The notes beneath the pieces were generated by a model. It was given only the letters and a program-made list of their open reading frames with translations. It did not search any database and was not told where the DNA came from. A stretch of DNA of 63,631 bases, counting the filler, from Octopus bimaculoides (Eukaryota), in NCBI RefSeq assembly GCF_001194135.2. It is 4 parts of 4 records of this genome, joined end to end, with 100 filler letters (N's around TTAATTAATTAA, not from the genome) between each part and the next. Parts side by side here need not be neighbours in the genome. Positions count along the whole stretch, not along the records: positions 1 to 27,679 come from NC_068981.1; 3 more parts are not named here. One strand, 5' to 3'. Numbering within the stretch: the stretch's first letter is position 1; every line of letters begins with the position of its first letter. Shown piece after piece: positions 1 to 11,415 of this stretch. A program made the translations under genes and the position numbers.

Positions 1-2
1 AC

Positions 3-50
<48 letters not shown>

Positions 51-89
51 TATATACATATATATATACATACATATATATATAAATAC

Positions 90-160
<71 letters not shown>
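1..160. repeat. (ATAC)n/(AT)n then (TG)n microsatellites
   Basis: Direct reading. Confidence 0.97.
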
Positions 161-162
<2 letters not shown>

Positions 163-258
163 CATGTATTTGTGTCTGTCCACACCACCATTACCTGACA
201 ACCGATGTTGGTGTTTAGATCCCTGTAACTTAGTGGTTCAGCAGAAGCAACTGATAGA
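161..258 (+). mobile_element. Degenerate 3'-half fragment of SINE family B
   Basis: tgacaaccgatgttggtgtt...gtaacttagtggttcagcag...gatagaat matches the copies at 39696 and 40324. Confidence 0.55.
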
Positions 259-1805
259 ATGAGGAAACTAGGGATAGATGAATGGTTAGTGAGAATTGTA
301 CAAGCCAGGGACAAGATTTCTGTCAGTAAGGTGAGGGTTGGTAATGAGTATAGTGAAGAATTTCGAGTAGGGGTAGGGGTCCACCAAAGATCATTCTCAG
401 CCCCCTTTTGTTCATCATAGTCCTTCAGGCAATAACAGAAGAATTCAAGACAGGATGCCCCTGAGAGCTCTTCTATGCTGATGACCTTGCTCTAATAACT
501 GAGTCACTATCAGAACTAGAGGAGAAGTTTCAGGTGTGGAAGCAAAGTCTAGAATCAGAGGGCCTTAGAGTCAATTTAGCAAAAAGACCAAAGTCTTAGT
601 AAATAGGAGGGCAGACAAATAACAAATCCCTTCAGGTAGATGGCCCTGCTCGATCTGTAGAAAAGGCATAGGTAGCAACTCCATTATATGTACCCGGTGT
701 AAGCTATGGATATATGTGAGGAGCAGTAACATCAAAAGAAAGCTAACTGGGAAGATAGTTTTTGTGTCGTGAATGCACAGGGCCAATAAACACTGAAAAT
801 GTACAGGGGGAAAAACTTGAAGTAACTGATAACCTCTGTTAGCTAGTTGACCAATTCAGTAGCAGGGGTAGATGCTCTGAGAGTGTAGCTGCTAGAATAA
901 GAATAGCTTGAGCCAAGTTCAGAGAGCTCCTACCTCTGCTGGTAACAAAGGGCCTCTCACTCAGAGTGAAAGGTAGACTGTATGACGCATGCGTGTGAAC
1001 TGCCATGTTACATGGCAGTGAAACATGGGCCGTGACTGCTGAAGACATGCATAAGCTTGCAAGAAATGAAGCTAGTATGCTCCACTGGATGTGTAATATC
1101 AGTGTGCATACACAACAGAGTGCAAGTGACCTGAGAGAAAAGTTGGACATAAGAAGCATCAGGTGTGGCATGCAAGAGTGACGACTGCGCTGATATGGTC
1201 ATGTGTGGCGTATGGATGAGGGCAGCTGTGTGAAGAAGTGTCACACCCTAACTGTGGAGGGAACCTGTGGAAGAGGTAGATCCAGAAAGACCTTGGATGA
1301 GGTGGTGAAACACAGCCTTTAAATGTTGGGCCTCATGGAGGTATTGACAAGTGACCGAGATCTTTGGAGCTATGCTGTGCTTGAGAAGACCCAACAAGCC
1401 AAGTGAGACTGTAACCGTGGCCTATGCCAGTGTAGCATAACCAGCCCATTTAAGAGTACCCTTCAATCATTGGGCAATATACTGTGCTTGAGAAGACCTG
1501 TTGAGTCAAGTGAAATCATTGCTATGGTCAATGCCAGTACCACCTGACTGGTGGCATGTAAAAAGTACCATTTGAGTATGGTCATTGCCAGTGCCACCTG
1601 ACTGGCTCCTGTGCTGGTGGCATGTAAAAAGCACCCACTACACTCTTTGAGTAGTTGACGTTAGGAAGGGCATCCAGCTGAGAAACCTTGCCAGATCAGA
1701 TTGGAGTCTGGTGCAGCCTCCTGGCTTGCCAGCCGTCAATCAAACCATCCAGCCCATGCCAGCATAGAAAGCAGACATTAAATGATGACAATGATGATGA
1801 TGATG
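259..1805 (+). mobile_element. 5'-truncated RTE-clade LINE: decayed RT C-terminal part, 3' UTR and (ATG)n tail
   Basis: Plus-strand translation gives MRKLGIDEWLV..GVGVHQ..ELFYADDL (YADD at about 474-485)..HGSETW..YGHV..GRGRSRKT, with stops and frameshifts. Ends cagacattaaatgatgacaatgatgatg. Confidence 0.9.
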
Positions 1806-3078
1806 AGGTTGAGTAAATAGTAAGCTACGTTTTGAACCATGAAGAATTTGTATTGGATTTTTGCAGAGTTTTGGATTAAAAAAAAAATTTTTTTTGCAGT
1901 TGTCTGATAATACAGACTTGCCTAAATGCATCAATAAATTAACATTGATATTTTTTCACCATTGTTACAATCATCTGAAATGAAACTGTCAAAGCGTGAT
2001 ATTCAAGCAATTTTGCTATCCAACTTCATAAAAGAACGTAAAGCAGCTGAAACTGCTTGCGATATCAAGGAAATATTTGGTGAAGAAATGACCAGTGAGT
2101 GGTCGGCTCAAAAATTGTTTAAACGATTTCACAGTGGAGACCTGAGCTTTAAAGTTTGTGAGCATTGTGGACGCCTATCTGTCATTGATAGCAGTCAATT
2201 AAAGATTGTCACTGAGAAAGATCCATATAAAACCACTTGAGAACTGGCAAAAGAACTTCAAGTTAGCCAGAAAACTGCCTGCAACCATTTGCATGCGAGT
2301 GGAAAATCAAAAAAGCTCGATAAATGGATACCACATGATTTGAATGAAAATCAGAAAATGTACAAATATGAAATTTGCTCATCACTTCTCTATAACCAGA
2401 CTGATCCATTTCTCAACAGTATTGTAACTTGCAATGAAAAGAGGATTCTGTGCAATAATAAAAAACGTTCTTTGCAGTGGATGGACCAAAATGAAGCACA
2501 GAAAACCTTCCCTAAACCTGAACTCTTCTAAAAGAAGGTTATGGTGACTGATTGGTGGTGTACTGCTGGACTCATCCACTATAACTTCTTAGAGCCCCAA
2601 AAAACTATTACTGCAGAAACATATTGTCATGAAATTGCCAAAATGAATAGAAAACTGCTACTCTTCCATCCCAGACCGGTCAAAAGAAGGGGGTCAATCA
2701 TTCTTTATGACAATTCTCAACCACACATTTCACTAATGACGCTCCAGAAATTGAGGGAACTTGGCTATGAAGTTCTTCCCTGTCCAGTTTTATTTCCCAG
2801 ACCTTTCTCCCACCGACTAGCACTTTTTCAAGCACCTTGATGGTTTCCTGTGATAGGAGTTCAAAAATCAAACTGATACTGAAAGTGCATGCAAAGAGTT
2901 CATCAGCTCCAGAACTCCATATTTTTATGTTACCAGAATAAACAAACTTGTAACTCATTGGCAAAAATGTGTTGATTGTAATGGCACTTACTTCGATGAA
3001 TAAAATTTCCACATTGTTGAAATATATTGTGATGAATTTCATGTTTCAAAACATTTCTTACTTTTCACTCAGCCTGAT
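1804..3078 (+). mobile_element. Full-length decayed mariner (SETMAR/Hsmar1-like) with transposase pseudogene
   Basis: Motifs WIPHDL, TCNEK (TGDEKW equivalent), YDNSQPH, and a frameshifted YSPDLSPTD-like motif. Imperfect TIRs ggttgagtaaatagtaag..gttttgaaccatgaa and reverse complement at about 3035-3078 followed by TA. Length about 1.27 kb. Confidence 0.9.
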
Positions 3079-3440
3079 ATATATAGACATATAAATATAT
3101 AAACACACACCCACACACACATATATATATATATAGAAACACATACATATATACATGCACACACACACATATACATACACACACATATATATACACATAC
3201 ACACATTCAAATATAAACACACACATATATATACAAACACACACATATATACATGCATATGTATACACACTCACACACAATCCAATTTCGTTTACAGCTA
3301 CATACACACACAGTTTTGCTCAACTCCTATTTTCGCTTTTCTATATTTAAATCCAATTTCTCTCTTTAGCCCTCTCTCTCTCTCTCTCTCCTCTTGCACC
3401 ACATAGATCCCCACCACCTCAGACACACACACACACATTT
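3079..3440. repeat. Compound (TA)/(CA)/(CT) microsatellite tract
   Basis: Direct reading. Confidence 0.9.
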
Positions 3441-4149
3441 CTCTTTCTCATGCAAACTAATTAAAGGTGATGTCAACTGAAGATCAGTTGAAATGACTCT
3501 CATTTTCATACTTCAAGACTATGACTAATAGCATATCTTCAATTTATAGCTGTCTCACCATGTTTATTATTATCTTTACAACCCTGCACCCATTTTAACC
3601 TCCCAGATCATCCCACTGTTTCTATTATTGCTTAACCCTAGATTGGCCCCGATCAAGTAGACCTGTAATCACAAAGTTTCCAGGCTTGACCCTCACTTGA
3701 TGCTTTTTAGGCACAATATAACCTGGATTATATAATCTAATGTGTCTCTCCTCCTTTTCAGCAGAGTGTGATCTGAGGAAAATTTGGTTGTAAATTCTAG
3801 CATGTAAAATGACCACTTAGAAGCACCCTCTGTAGCTGTAGACTGATTCTTATGTTACATCTGATTAAATAGTTCTAGCATTGATCAAAGACCTTCTATC
3901 CAAGACTATTTCATCCTTTTAGGAGTGTGTATGACTACATTATTTAAGTTATCTTTCCTTATTTAGTATAGAAGAGTGAAGTCTGACAGAGATTAAGCTT
4001 CTATTTCTAAGGGGTAAACTGACCATGTAGTTGGTCAGTTGATCTCCCAGAAGTCATTCTTCCCTTGTATGGTCATTTAGATTCCTTCCACTGTTTATGT
4101 TGATAGTGAACTTCGGGAAAATTTTATTCCTCCTCCTCATCATCATCCT

Positions 4150-4430
4150 AAGACCTTTGGCAACATGCCATGCTTGAGTACAAGACCCATCAAGCCAAGT
4201 GAAATTGTAGTTGTGGCAGATACTGGTGTCATGCAACCGGCACCTGTGCTAGTGACACATGAAAGCACTCATTACACTCTTCGAGTGGTTGGTGTTAGCA
4301 AGACCATCCTGCTGTAGAAACCATGCCAAATCAGACTGGAATCTGGTGCAGCCCCTCAGCTTACCAGCTCTGGTCAAACCGTCCAACCCATGCCAGCATG
4401 GACAGCAGATGCTAAATGATGATGATGATT
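4150..4430 (+). mobile_element. RTE-type 3' tail copy
   Basis: ccgtccaacccatgccagcatgg...gctaaatgatgatgatgat, the same tail as 1650-1805. Confidence 0.75.
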
Positions 4431-6276
4431 CACAGAGTTACTGCCTTCCTGGATATATGTCATGAACCACGGCCCACTCATCATTCACTTTTGGTATGAT
4501 TTCCTTGGCTGGATACCTTTCCTATTACCAACCACTTTACAGAGTGTATTGGGTGCATTTTATTATAGCATTAGTACTAAAAGAGTTGTCTTGTCCCTCA
4601 CAATACTAAAGAGTCATCCCTACCATGCGATGCCTCTGTTCACTCAGGGAAATGTGACAGAGAGAGTGAACAGAAGAGAAAGTGATGAAGGAGAAAGAAC
4701 TGAGATGCAAGTGTGATGGAAAAGAGATTAGGTTGTGGAAGTTGAAGAAAAATATTGCTCCTAAGAAATCTCAAGGATTTGTAAGAATAATTCTTATTGC
4801 TCAGTTTCTGTTGTGATGGAGGAAAAAAAAAAAAGTAAATCTTCTCGTGGATAAGATGCCAGTAAGGTGCAGGTAACTTGATATCTTAAACCAGGCACAT
4901 GACTGATAATCTAATACGTGTGTTGTTCACTGAATTATAGGCATCAACAGAGTTTTTGTTAAAGATTACATTCCATAATGCATTGAAGGCACAAAGGCAG
5001 TGGATGATCTGTTGACAGGGAAAATGACAACACTCCTAGTGCAAAAAAAAAACAAAAACAAGTGCACACATACAAACACACACATACACACACTCAGATA
5101 TATATAATACACACAGACAGTTGTTCTAAGTTAGCAAGATATCATGCATACATAAATATGTGAATGTTTGTATAAACATACACAAGAAAACACTGTAATC
5201 AGGAGGAAGACAGTGATGAAATAGGATATGTGAAGAGACAACCAGCCTTCCTTATGTTTTGTGAAGCTCTGCATTATGTGGAGGTTTCCAAGTTAAATTA
5301 TATCAACTCTCTTTACACCCACATAAAATATGACTGTGCATGTGTTGCTACAATAGCATATTATGCAATACAGAACTAATATACACCATAAAAGCTACAC
5401 CCACCCACACATACACCCATTTCAAAAATGTTTTGGCAAAGAATTCTTGGTATAATCACAATATTTGAAGAAAGATTTTCTTACATTAAAATTTATTAAT
5501 TATATAAAAAATAAAATCATCATCATCATCATCATTGTTTAACATCCACGAAGCAATGAGGCATATAAATGCAATATTATTACCAGTTCAAATATGCTTG
5601 TGGCATGTTCAAACTCATAAGCAAGCCATTCACTCTTAAAACAGTACCACAAACATAATTGAACTAGTAATAACATCACTGCTTAGTGCTCCCACCATGT
5701 AACTTGCATTAGAAGATAGATAGTTCTGTTGATTCAACAACTGGCAACCCTATTTGTTAAATCCAAATAAAAACTTTTCTTTAATTGATTCTATGAATTC
5801 TTGCAGTAATAAAGGACCCTTTCCTAAATAAAATTTAAAGCTCTATCTTGTAATTTGCACTGTAACAACAGGATAAACTTCAGAAAGATCCAACATGCTA
5901 CCATGGCTTACAGACTGAAATATGCAGAAATGTAGAAAATATGTCCCTATCCACCATCCTTGAAAAGCTTAAGGTTAATAAACACAATCAATTATGCCAA
6001 TGATTATATATGTACAAATGGTATTATTGGCATCAGAAATTAGGAGAATGGGTATTGTGATATTCATGTTGATTTCAAAGGTTTTAGTAGGGGAAGTAAA
6101 ATAGCAGCAAATAAAACTTGAACCTTGATTATTATACATGGACTTCTTCCCTTTATTTCCTTTCCATGCTGTGCTCTACATCTGTCTGTCCTTAGTTCTA
6201 ATAACATGTCAGTTACTGAGAATGCAAGGAATAATCTCTGAGACATGACACAACGAACTCAAACTCGAATCTGTGG

Positions 6277-6312
<36 letters not shown>

Positions 6313-6339
6313 GAGGAAGTGAGGGAGGGAGAAAAGGAG

Positions 6340-6480
6340 GGGGAGAGAGAAGGAGTATTTGCCAAGCACTTTATCTATCGACCAAAGAAAGAGGAAAGGT
6401 TAAGCTGACCCTGGCAGAATTTGAACTCAAAGAACAGACAATCAGAACAAATCCTGCAAAGTATCTGACCCAATCAAACC
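6340..6480 (-). mobile_element. Degenerate SINE family C fragment
   Basis: ttatctatcgacc..gaaaggttaagctgaccctggcagaatttgaactc is the reverse complement of the family C body. Confidence 0.55.
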
Positions 6481-6649
6481 AATGTGGCCAAATATGTAAA
6501 AATGATCAGTGACGTGTGTGTATGTGTGTTTTGATGTTGATGAAGCTTCTATCTTAATCCATACTTCGAGACAAAAAAAATGGTTAATGTTGACATTATT
6601 ACCTGGAAACAAAATTGAAAAAAAATAGTGCAACAGGTGTAAAAAATGG

Positions 6650-7055
6650 TGTAGGAAACGAATATGAAAACAAAAATGCATGGGAAGCAAGGGGGCGGGA
6701 TAGAGGCCTTCGGAAAATTCACAAGATCCAATGTTTATCCCTCATAACTTTTAAGGAAAATGATTTTTTTTAATGAAATTTTATACAAATACCTTTCAAA
6801 CAGTATAGATTACGATTATAAAAAAATTTGTGGGGAAAATCTTTTCCGAGAGGGTGGGGAGAGGACTTCGGAAAATTCACAAGATCCGATGTTTTTCTCT
6901 CGTAACTTTGAGGAAAATGGATATCTTTGTACTTCACACCTATGTGGGAAACGAGTCTGTAAACAAAAGTGGATGGAAAGCAGCAGGAGGAGGACTTCAG
7001 AAAATTCACATGATTTATAAGATCCGAGTTTTTCCCTCATAACTTTGAGGAAAGT
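6650..7055 (+). repeat. Three degenerate direct copies of an approximately 60-bp motif
   Basis: gagg(a/c)cttc(g/a)gaaaattcaca..agatcc..tttt..ctc(a/g)taacttt(g/t)aggaaa at 6703-6762, 6861-6919 and 6990-7053. Confidence 0.75.
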
Positions 7056-7149
7056 ATAATCCTTTTGAAATCACAAATTAGGATTTTCCTCAGGAACTCG
7101 GATGCTAAACATCCCTTTGAAGGGTTCAGATCCTTCTACTATATATATA

Positions 7150-7258
7150 TAAGTACTAGGCTTACAAAGAATAAGTCCTGGGGTCGATTTGTTCGACTAA
7201 AGGCGGTGCTCCAGCATGACCACAGTCAAATGACTGAAACAAATAAAAGAATAAAAGA

Positions 7259-7260
<2 letters not shown>
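7150..7260 (+). mobile_element. SINE family B 3' end
   Basis: aagtactaggcttacaaagaataagtcctggggtcgatttg...gactgaaacaaataaaagaataaaagag. Confidence 0.85.
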
Positions 7261-7290
<30 letters not shown>

Positions 7291-8199
7291 NNNNNNNNNN
7301 NNNNNNNNNNNNNNNNNNNNNNNNNNNNNNNNNNNNNNNNNNNNNNNNNNNNNNNNNNNNNNNNNNNNNNNNNNNNNNNNNNNNNNNNNNNNNNNNNNNN
7401 NNNNNNNNNNNNNNNNNNNNNNNNNNNNNNNNNNNNNNNNNNNNNNNNNNNNNNNNNNNNNNNNNNNNNNNNNNNNNNNNNNNNNNNNNNNNNNNNNNNN
7501 NNNNNNNNNNNNNNNNNNNNNNNNNNNNNNNNNNNNNNNNNNNNNNNNNNNNNNNNNNNNNNNNNNNNNNNNNNNNNNNNNNNNNNNNNNNNNNNNNNNN
7601 NNNNNNNNNNNNNNNNNNNNNNNNNNNNNNNNNNNNNNNNNNNNNNNNNNNNNNNNNNNNNNNNNNNNNNNNNNNNNNNNNNNNNNNNNNNNNNNNNNNN
7701 NNNNNNNNNNNNNNNNNNNNNNNNNNNNNNNNNNNNNNNNNNNNNNNNNNNNNNNNNNNNNNNNNNNNNNNNNNNNNNNNNNNNNNNNNNNNNNNNNNNN
7801 NNNNNNNNNNNNNNNNNNNNNNNNNNNNNNNNNNNNNNNNNNNNNNNNNNNNNNNNNNNNNNNNNNNNNNNNNNNNNNNNNNNNNNNNNNNNNNNNNNNN
7901 NNNNNNNNNNNNNNNNNNNNNNNNNNNNNNNNNNNNNNNNNNNNNNNNNNNNNNNNNNNNNNNNNNNNNNNNNNNNNNNNNNNNNNNNNNNNNNNNNNNN
8001 NNNNNNNNNNNNNNNNNNNNNNNNNNNNNNNNNNNNNNNNNNNNNNNNNNNNNNNNNNNNNNNNNNNNNNNNNNNNNNNNNNNNNNNNNNNNNNNNNNNN
8101 NNNNNNNNNNNNNNNNNNNNNNNNNNNNNNNNNNNNNNNNNNNNNNNNNNNNNNNNNNNNNNNNNNNNNNNNNNNNNNNNNNNNNNNNNNNNNNNNNNN
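7291..8199. other. Assembly gap (one of many N runs, mostly bordered by microsatellites)
   Basis: N run. Other large gaps at about 36423-37103, 45116-45383, 50650-51239, 60577-60860 and 62326-63048. Confidence 0.99.
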
Positions 8200-9392
8200 C
8201 ATAAGTTTGAAATATCTATAAAACCATCAAAAGCTTGTTTATTTTTATGTTTTTTTTTATTTATTAGTAGTGTTGCTTTATATGTTTTGCTAAAATTGCT
8301 GTTTCTTTTCAGATATCATCAGAAAAAGGTAATTAAAATTCATTAAAATGACAGATGTATCGGACTTTCAAAGAGGTCAAATTTTTGGTGTTCGTATGGC
8401 AGGAGCTAGCGTAACGAAAACAGCCGAAATGTTTGGTGTATCAAGAAGTACTGTCTCGAAAGTAATGACAGCCTTTGAGAAGGAGGGAAAAACCTTCTCA
8501 TCGAAACAAAACTCCGGAAGAAAACCCAAACTTTCAGATAGGGACCATCGGACACATGCGCGAATTGTTACAAAGAATCACAAAAAATACAGCTCCCAAA
8601 ATTACTGCATAGCGTAATGACCACCTCAAGAACCCAGTTTCCACAAAAACTGTTCGCCAGGAGCTGCACAAAACCGGATTTCACGGGAGGGTTGCAATCA
8701 GAAAACCACTACTTTCAAAAACAAACGTTGCACAGTGTTTAAAGTGGAGTAAAAACCTACAAAATTGTTTCCTAGAGCAGTGGAAGAATGTTTTTTTCTC
8801 GGACGAGTTATCCTTTACCTTATTTCTGACCACCGGTCGAGTATACGTGTGGAGACAGCCAAAAGAAGCATTTTACCCAGACTGCCTTCTTCTTAAACAT
8901 GAAGGAGGATCTTGGAAATCCGCCGGCCCAATGGTCTCCTTTCATGGCAGAATTAATAGTCAAGACTATATAAACATTTTATCTGATCAAATTCATCCTA
9001 TGGTTGCGGAATTGTTTCTTGAGGGAAACGCTATCTTTCAGGATGATAATGCACCAATTCACACACCTAAAGTCGTTACTGAATGGCATTCTAGTGAAGT
9101 TGAACATCTTATCTGGCCAACACAGTCCCCAGATCTCAATATTAGTGAACGTTTATAGTGCATTTTAGAAAAATAAGTAAGGAGTCGATATCCTCCACCA
9201 TCATCAATACAAGAACTGGAGACTGTTTTAGCTGAAGAATGGACAAAAATTCATTTGGAAACAATTCAAACTTTCTACGAGTCCATACCTCGTAGAATTC
9301 AAGCTATAATTACTGCCAAAGGTGGTTCTACCCCATATTAGAATACATTTGTTTGAAATTTTAAGGTGTTTCCATTATTTTGTCCAACCCTG
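8200..9392 (+). mobile_element. Tc1-like DD34E transposon, inactivated; left TIR lost in the gap
   Basis: MTDVSDFQRGQIFGVRMAGASVTKTAEMFGVSRSTVSK (HTH), FSDE, FQDDNAPIH, QSPDLNISE, AKGGSTPY*. Right TIR ggtgtttccattattttgtccaaccctg (9365-9392) followed by TA. Confidence 0.93.
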
Positions 9393-9690
9393 TATATAAA
9401 TAAGTTAAAGAAAAATACCAAAAGAGAATGGTGTCAGGTATACAAAAGTAGACGTATGTGAGAGTGCGTGTGCGCGCGTGAATTCGTATGTATGCACCTA
9501 TTCTATTTTCTAACCAAATGAAAATAATGAACTTTATATACAAGGAAGTAGTGAGGTTTTAATTATAATACACGCAAGAACCAAATTGAATTGTGACCTG
9601 TCAGCTGAGTGACGAAAATAGAAATAAGTTGAAAAGAAAAAGATGAAAACAGCCGACGCGCGACTATATATCATCAATCTCGGATCGAAC

Positions 9691-9732
<42 letters not shown>

Positions 9733-11391
9733 GAAGATAACTTTAGACTCCTGATTAAAAGCATTTCTGTAATGACCATTCCGCCTTTTAAAGAATATAT
9801 AGCAATAGGATTATACTATACGATGTATCATTTTATTATATAAGATGGTACGTTGTAATTTGAAGGAGACTTGGTTCCTGTTTCTAGCAAGTCGAACGAC
9901 TAAATAGAATCTGCAAAGCTGGAAGTAATGTAGTTTTATTTAGTATCGATGGCTATAAACCATCAAAATCCCATGCTTCAGATCGAAATTCAATAATTTT
10001 GCACGATAATATCCAGTCTCAAGACCAAGGAATAACTGTTTTCCCTTTTCTCTGCTTTTCATGATATTATATTATGAAAAAGAAAGGTTTTCATGCCTAC
10101 TCATTTGTCTGTCTTTTATCTTCACCATCAATTTCTTTCACATATATAACTATCTATTTGTTCGTATCCTTTTTTTCCCCCTTCGTTTTCTTCGAACACA
10201 AAGTGCTTTTACAGGAATTTAAATACCAACAAGGGTATAATAAAGAGTTACATGATATAAACTTTTGAGAAGTCTTGGTTATTTTCACTACCCAGCTTGT
10301 AATTTGAATTTCCAGCACACTCCTGAGATCATTTTTGCATATCTGTAGGATTTCACTTAGCTTAACAAAGTATGTCGCGGTTTTGCATGTGTATATGTGA
10401 TTGAATATGTGTGTGGACGATTTACCACAAAATAACCCTTATAAATTTATTTTAGAGGAAGGAAAGTTTACAGTTTGGGTTTCGATATTTCTTTCTCTTA
10501 TTTCATCTCACATAAATTCATGTTTACACCAGAAACATTTCACTTTGATTATTTATTTATTTACATACTGGTGCGCGTACTTCGGCAGCACAAGGAACGA
10601 TTTTATGCAGAGTGAAAAGGTTTTAGAGAATTACGCTAAACAAAATTTATCTTATAAATTATCTATTCAGTTCCAAAGGATAATCGAAGATAAATTTATG
10701 GTGGAAATATATATTGTAGGTTGTGCCGGATTTAGCATATAGCTAAACAAGTTACAGCTTAGGACCTCACAATATGTAGGAGGGACGCTTTCTGTTTGTG
10801 ATCACAAATGGAAAGCGAAAAATTATCCTAAGCAAAAAACTGAAATTTTTCGGGGGAAAAAAATTAGAATCATGTTTTCCGTAATCTTAATCCCCAACAA
10901 TTTCTTTTTTTTACGGAAAATGCTTAAATAAAGAAGAATTTTAATGAAAAGCAGCTTATTTTTTATCCCCACAAAATTGCAATTTCCGTAGTTGAAAACA
11001 GGAATCCCAGAAATTTTGTAAAATGGAAAAAAAAAAAAAAAAAAAAAAAAAAAANNNNNNNNNNCTAAGACAACTTACTAATTTCGTAGCAACAGATCTT
11101 GTGACATTATTTATAGACAAGCAACACATGAACAACAGTTTTCTTTGATACTCGAAATCCTAAAAATCAGTCGACTTTTTATTCTGGTGAATTATCAAAC
11201 AAAACCAGGCCACAACTTATGCCAGCTTTTCTTCAGTGTTAATACTTCCACTTTTGCCCATTCTTTAGCAATGAATCAAAGAATATTTTCCTTGTCATAT
11301 TCTTTAATAAATGTTGATACAGACTCGTCAGCACTCACCACATCTAACATACATTTCATGGAAAGTGAGCGATATTAATTCTGTAGCAGAA

Positions 11392-11415
11392 GTGATTTAC
11401 ACTGTCATTATGTGA
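11392..11415. repeat. Left copy of a 24-bp direct repeat (putative TSD); right copy at 13049-13072
   Basis: gtgatttacactgtcattatgtga vs gtgattcacactgtcattatgtga (1 mismatch). Confidence 0.9.

Noticed and set aside
6650-7055. CRISPR array (repeat-spacer look)
   Set aside because: Eukaryotic context, only three long degenerate repeats, unequal and partly homologous spacers, and no cas genes.
7065-8204. Long ORFs containing X runs (also at 36083, 50514, 60442, 62039 etc.)
   Set aside because: Read-through of assembly gaps and adjacent microsatellites.
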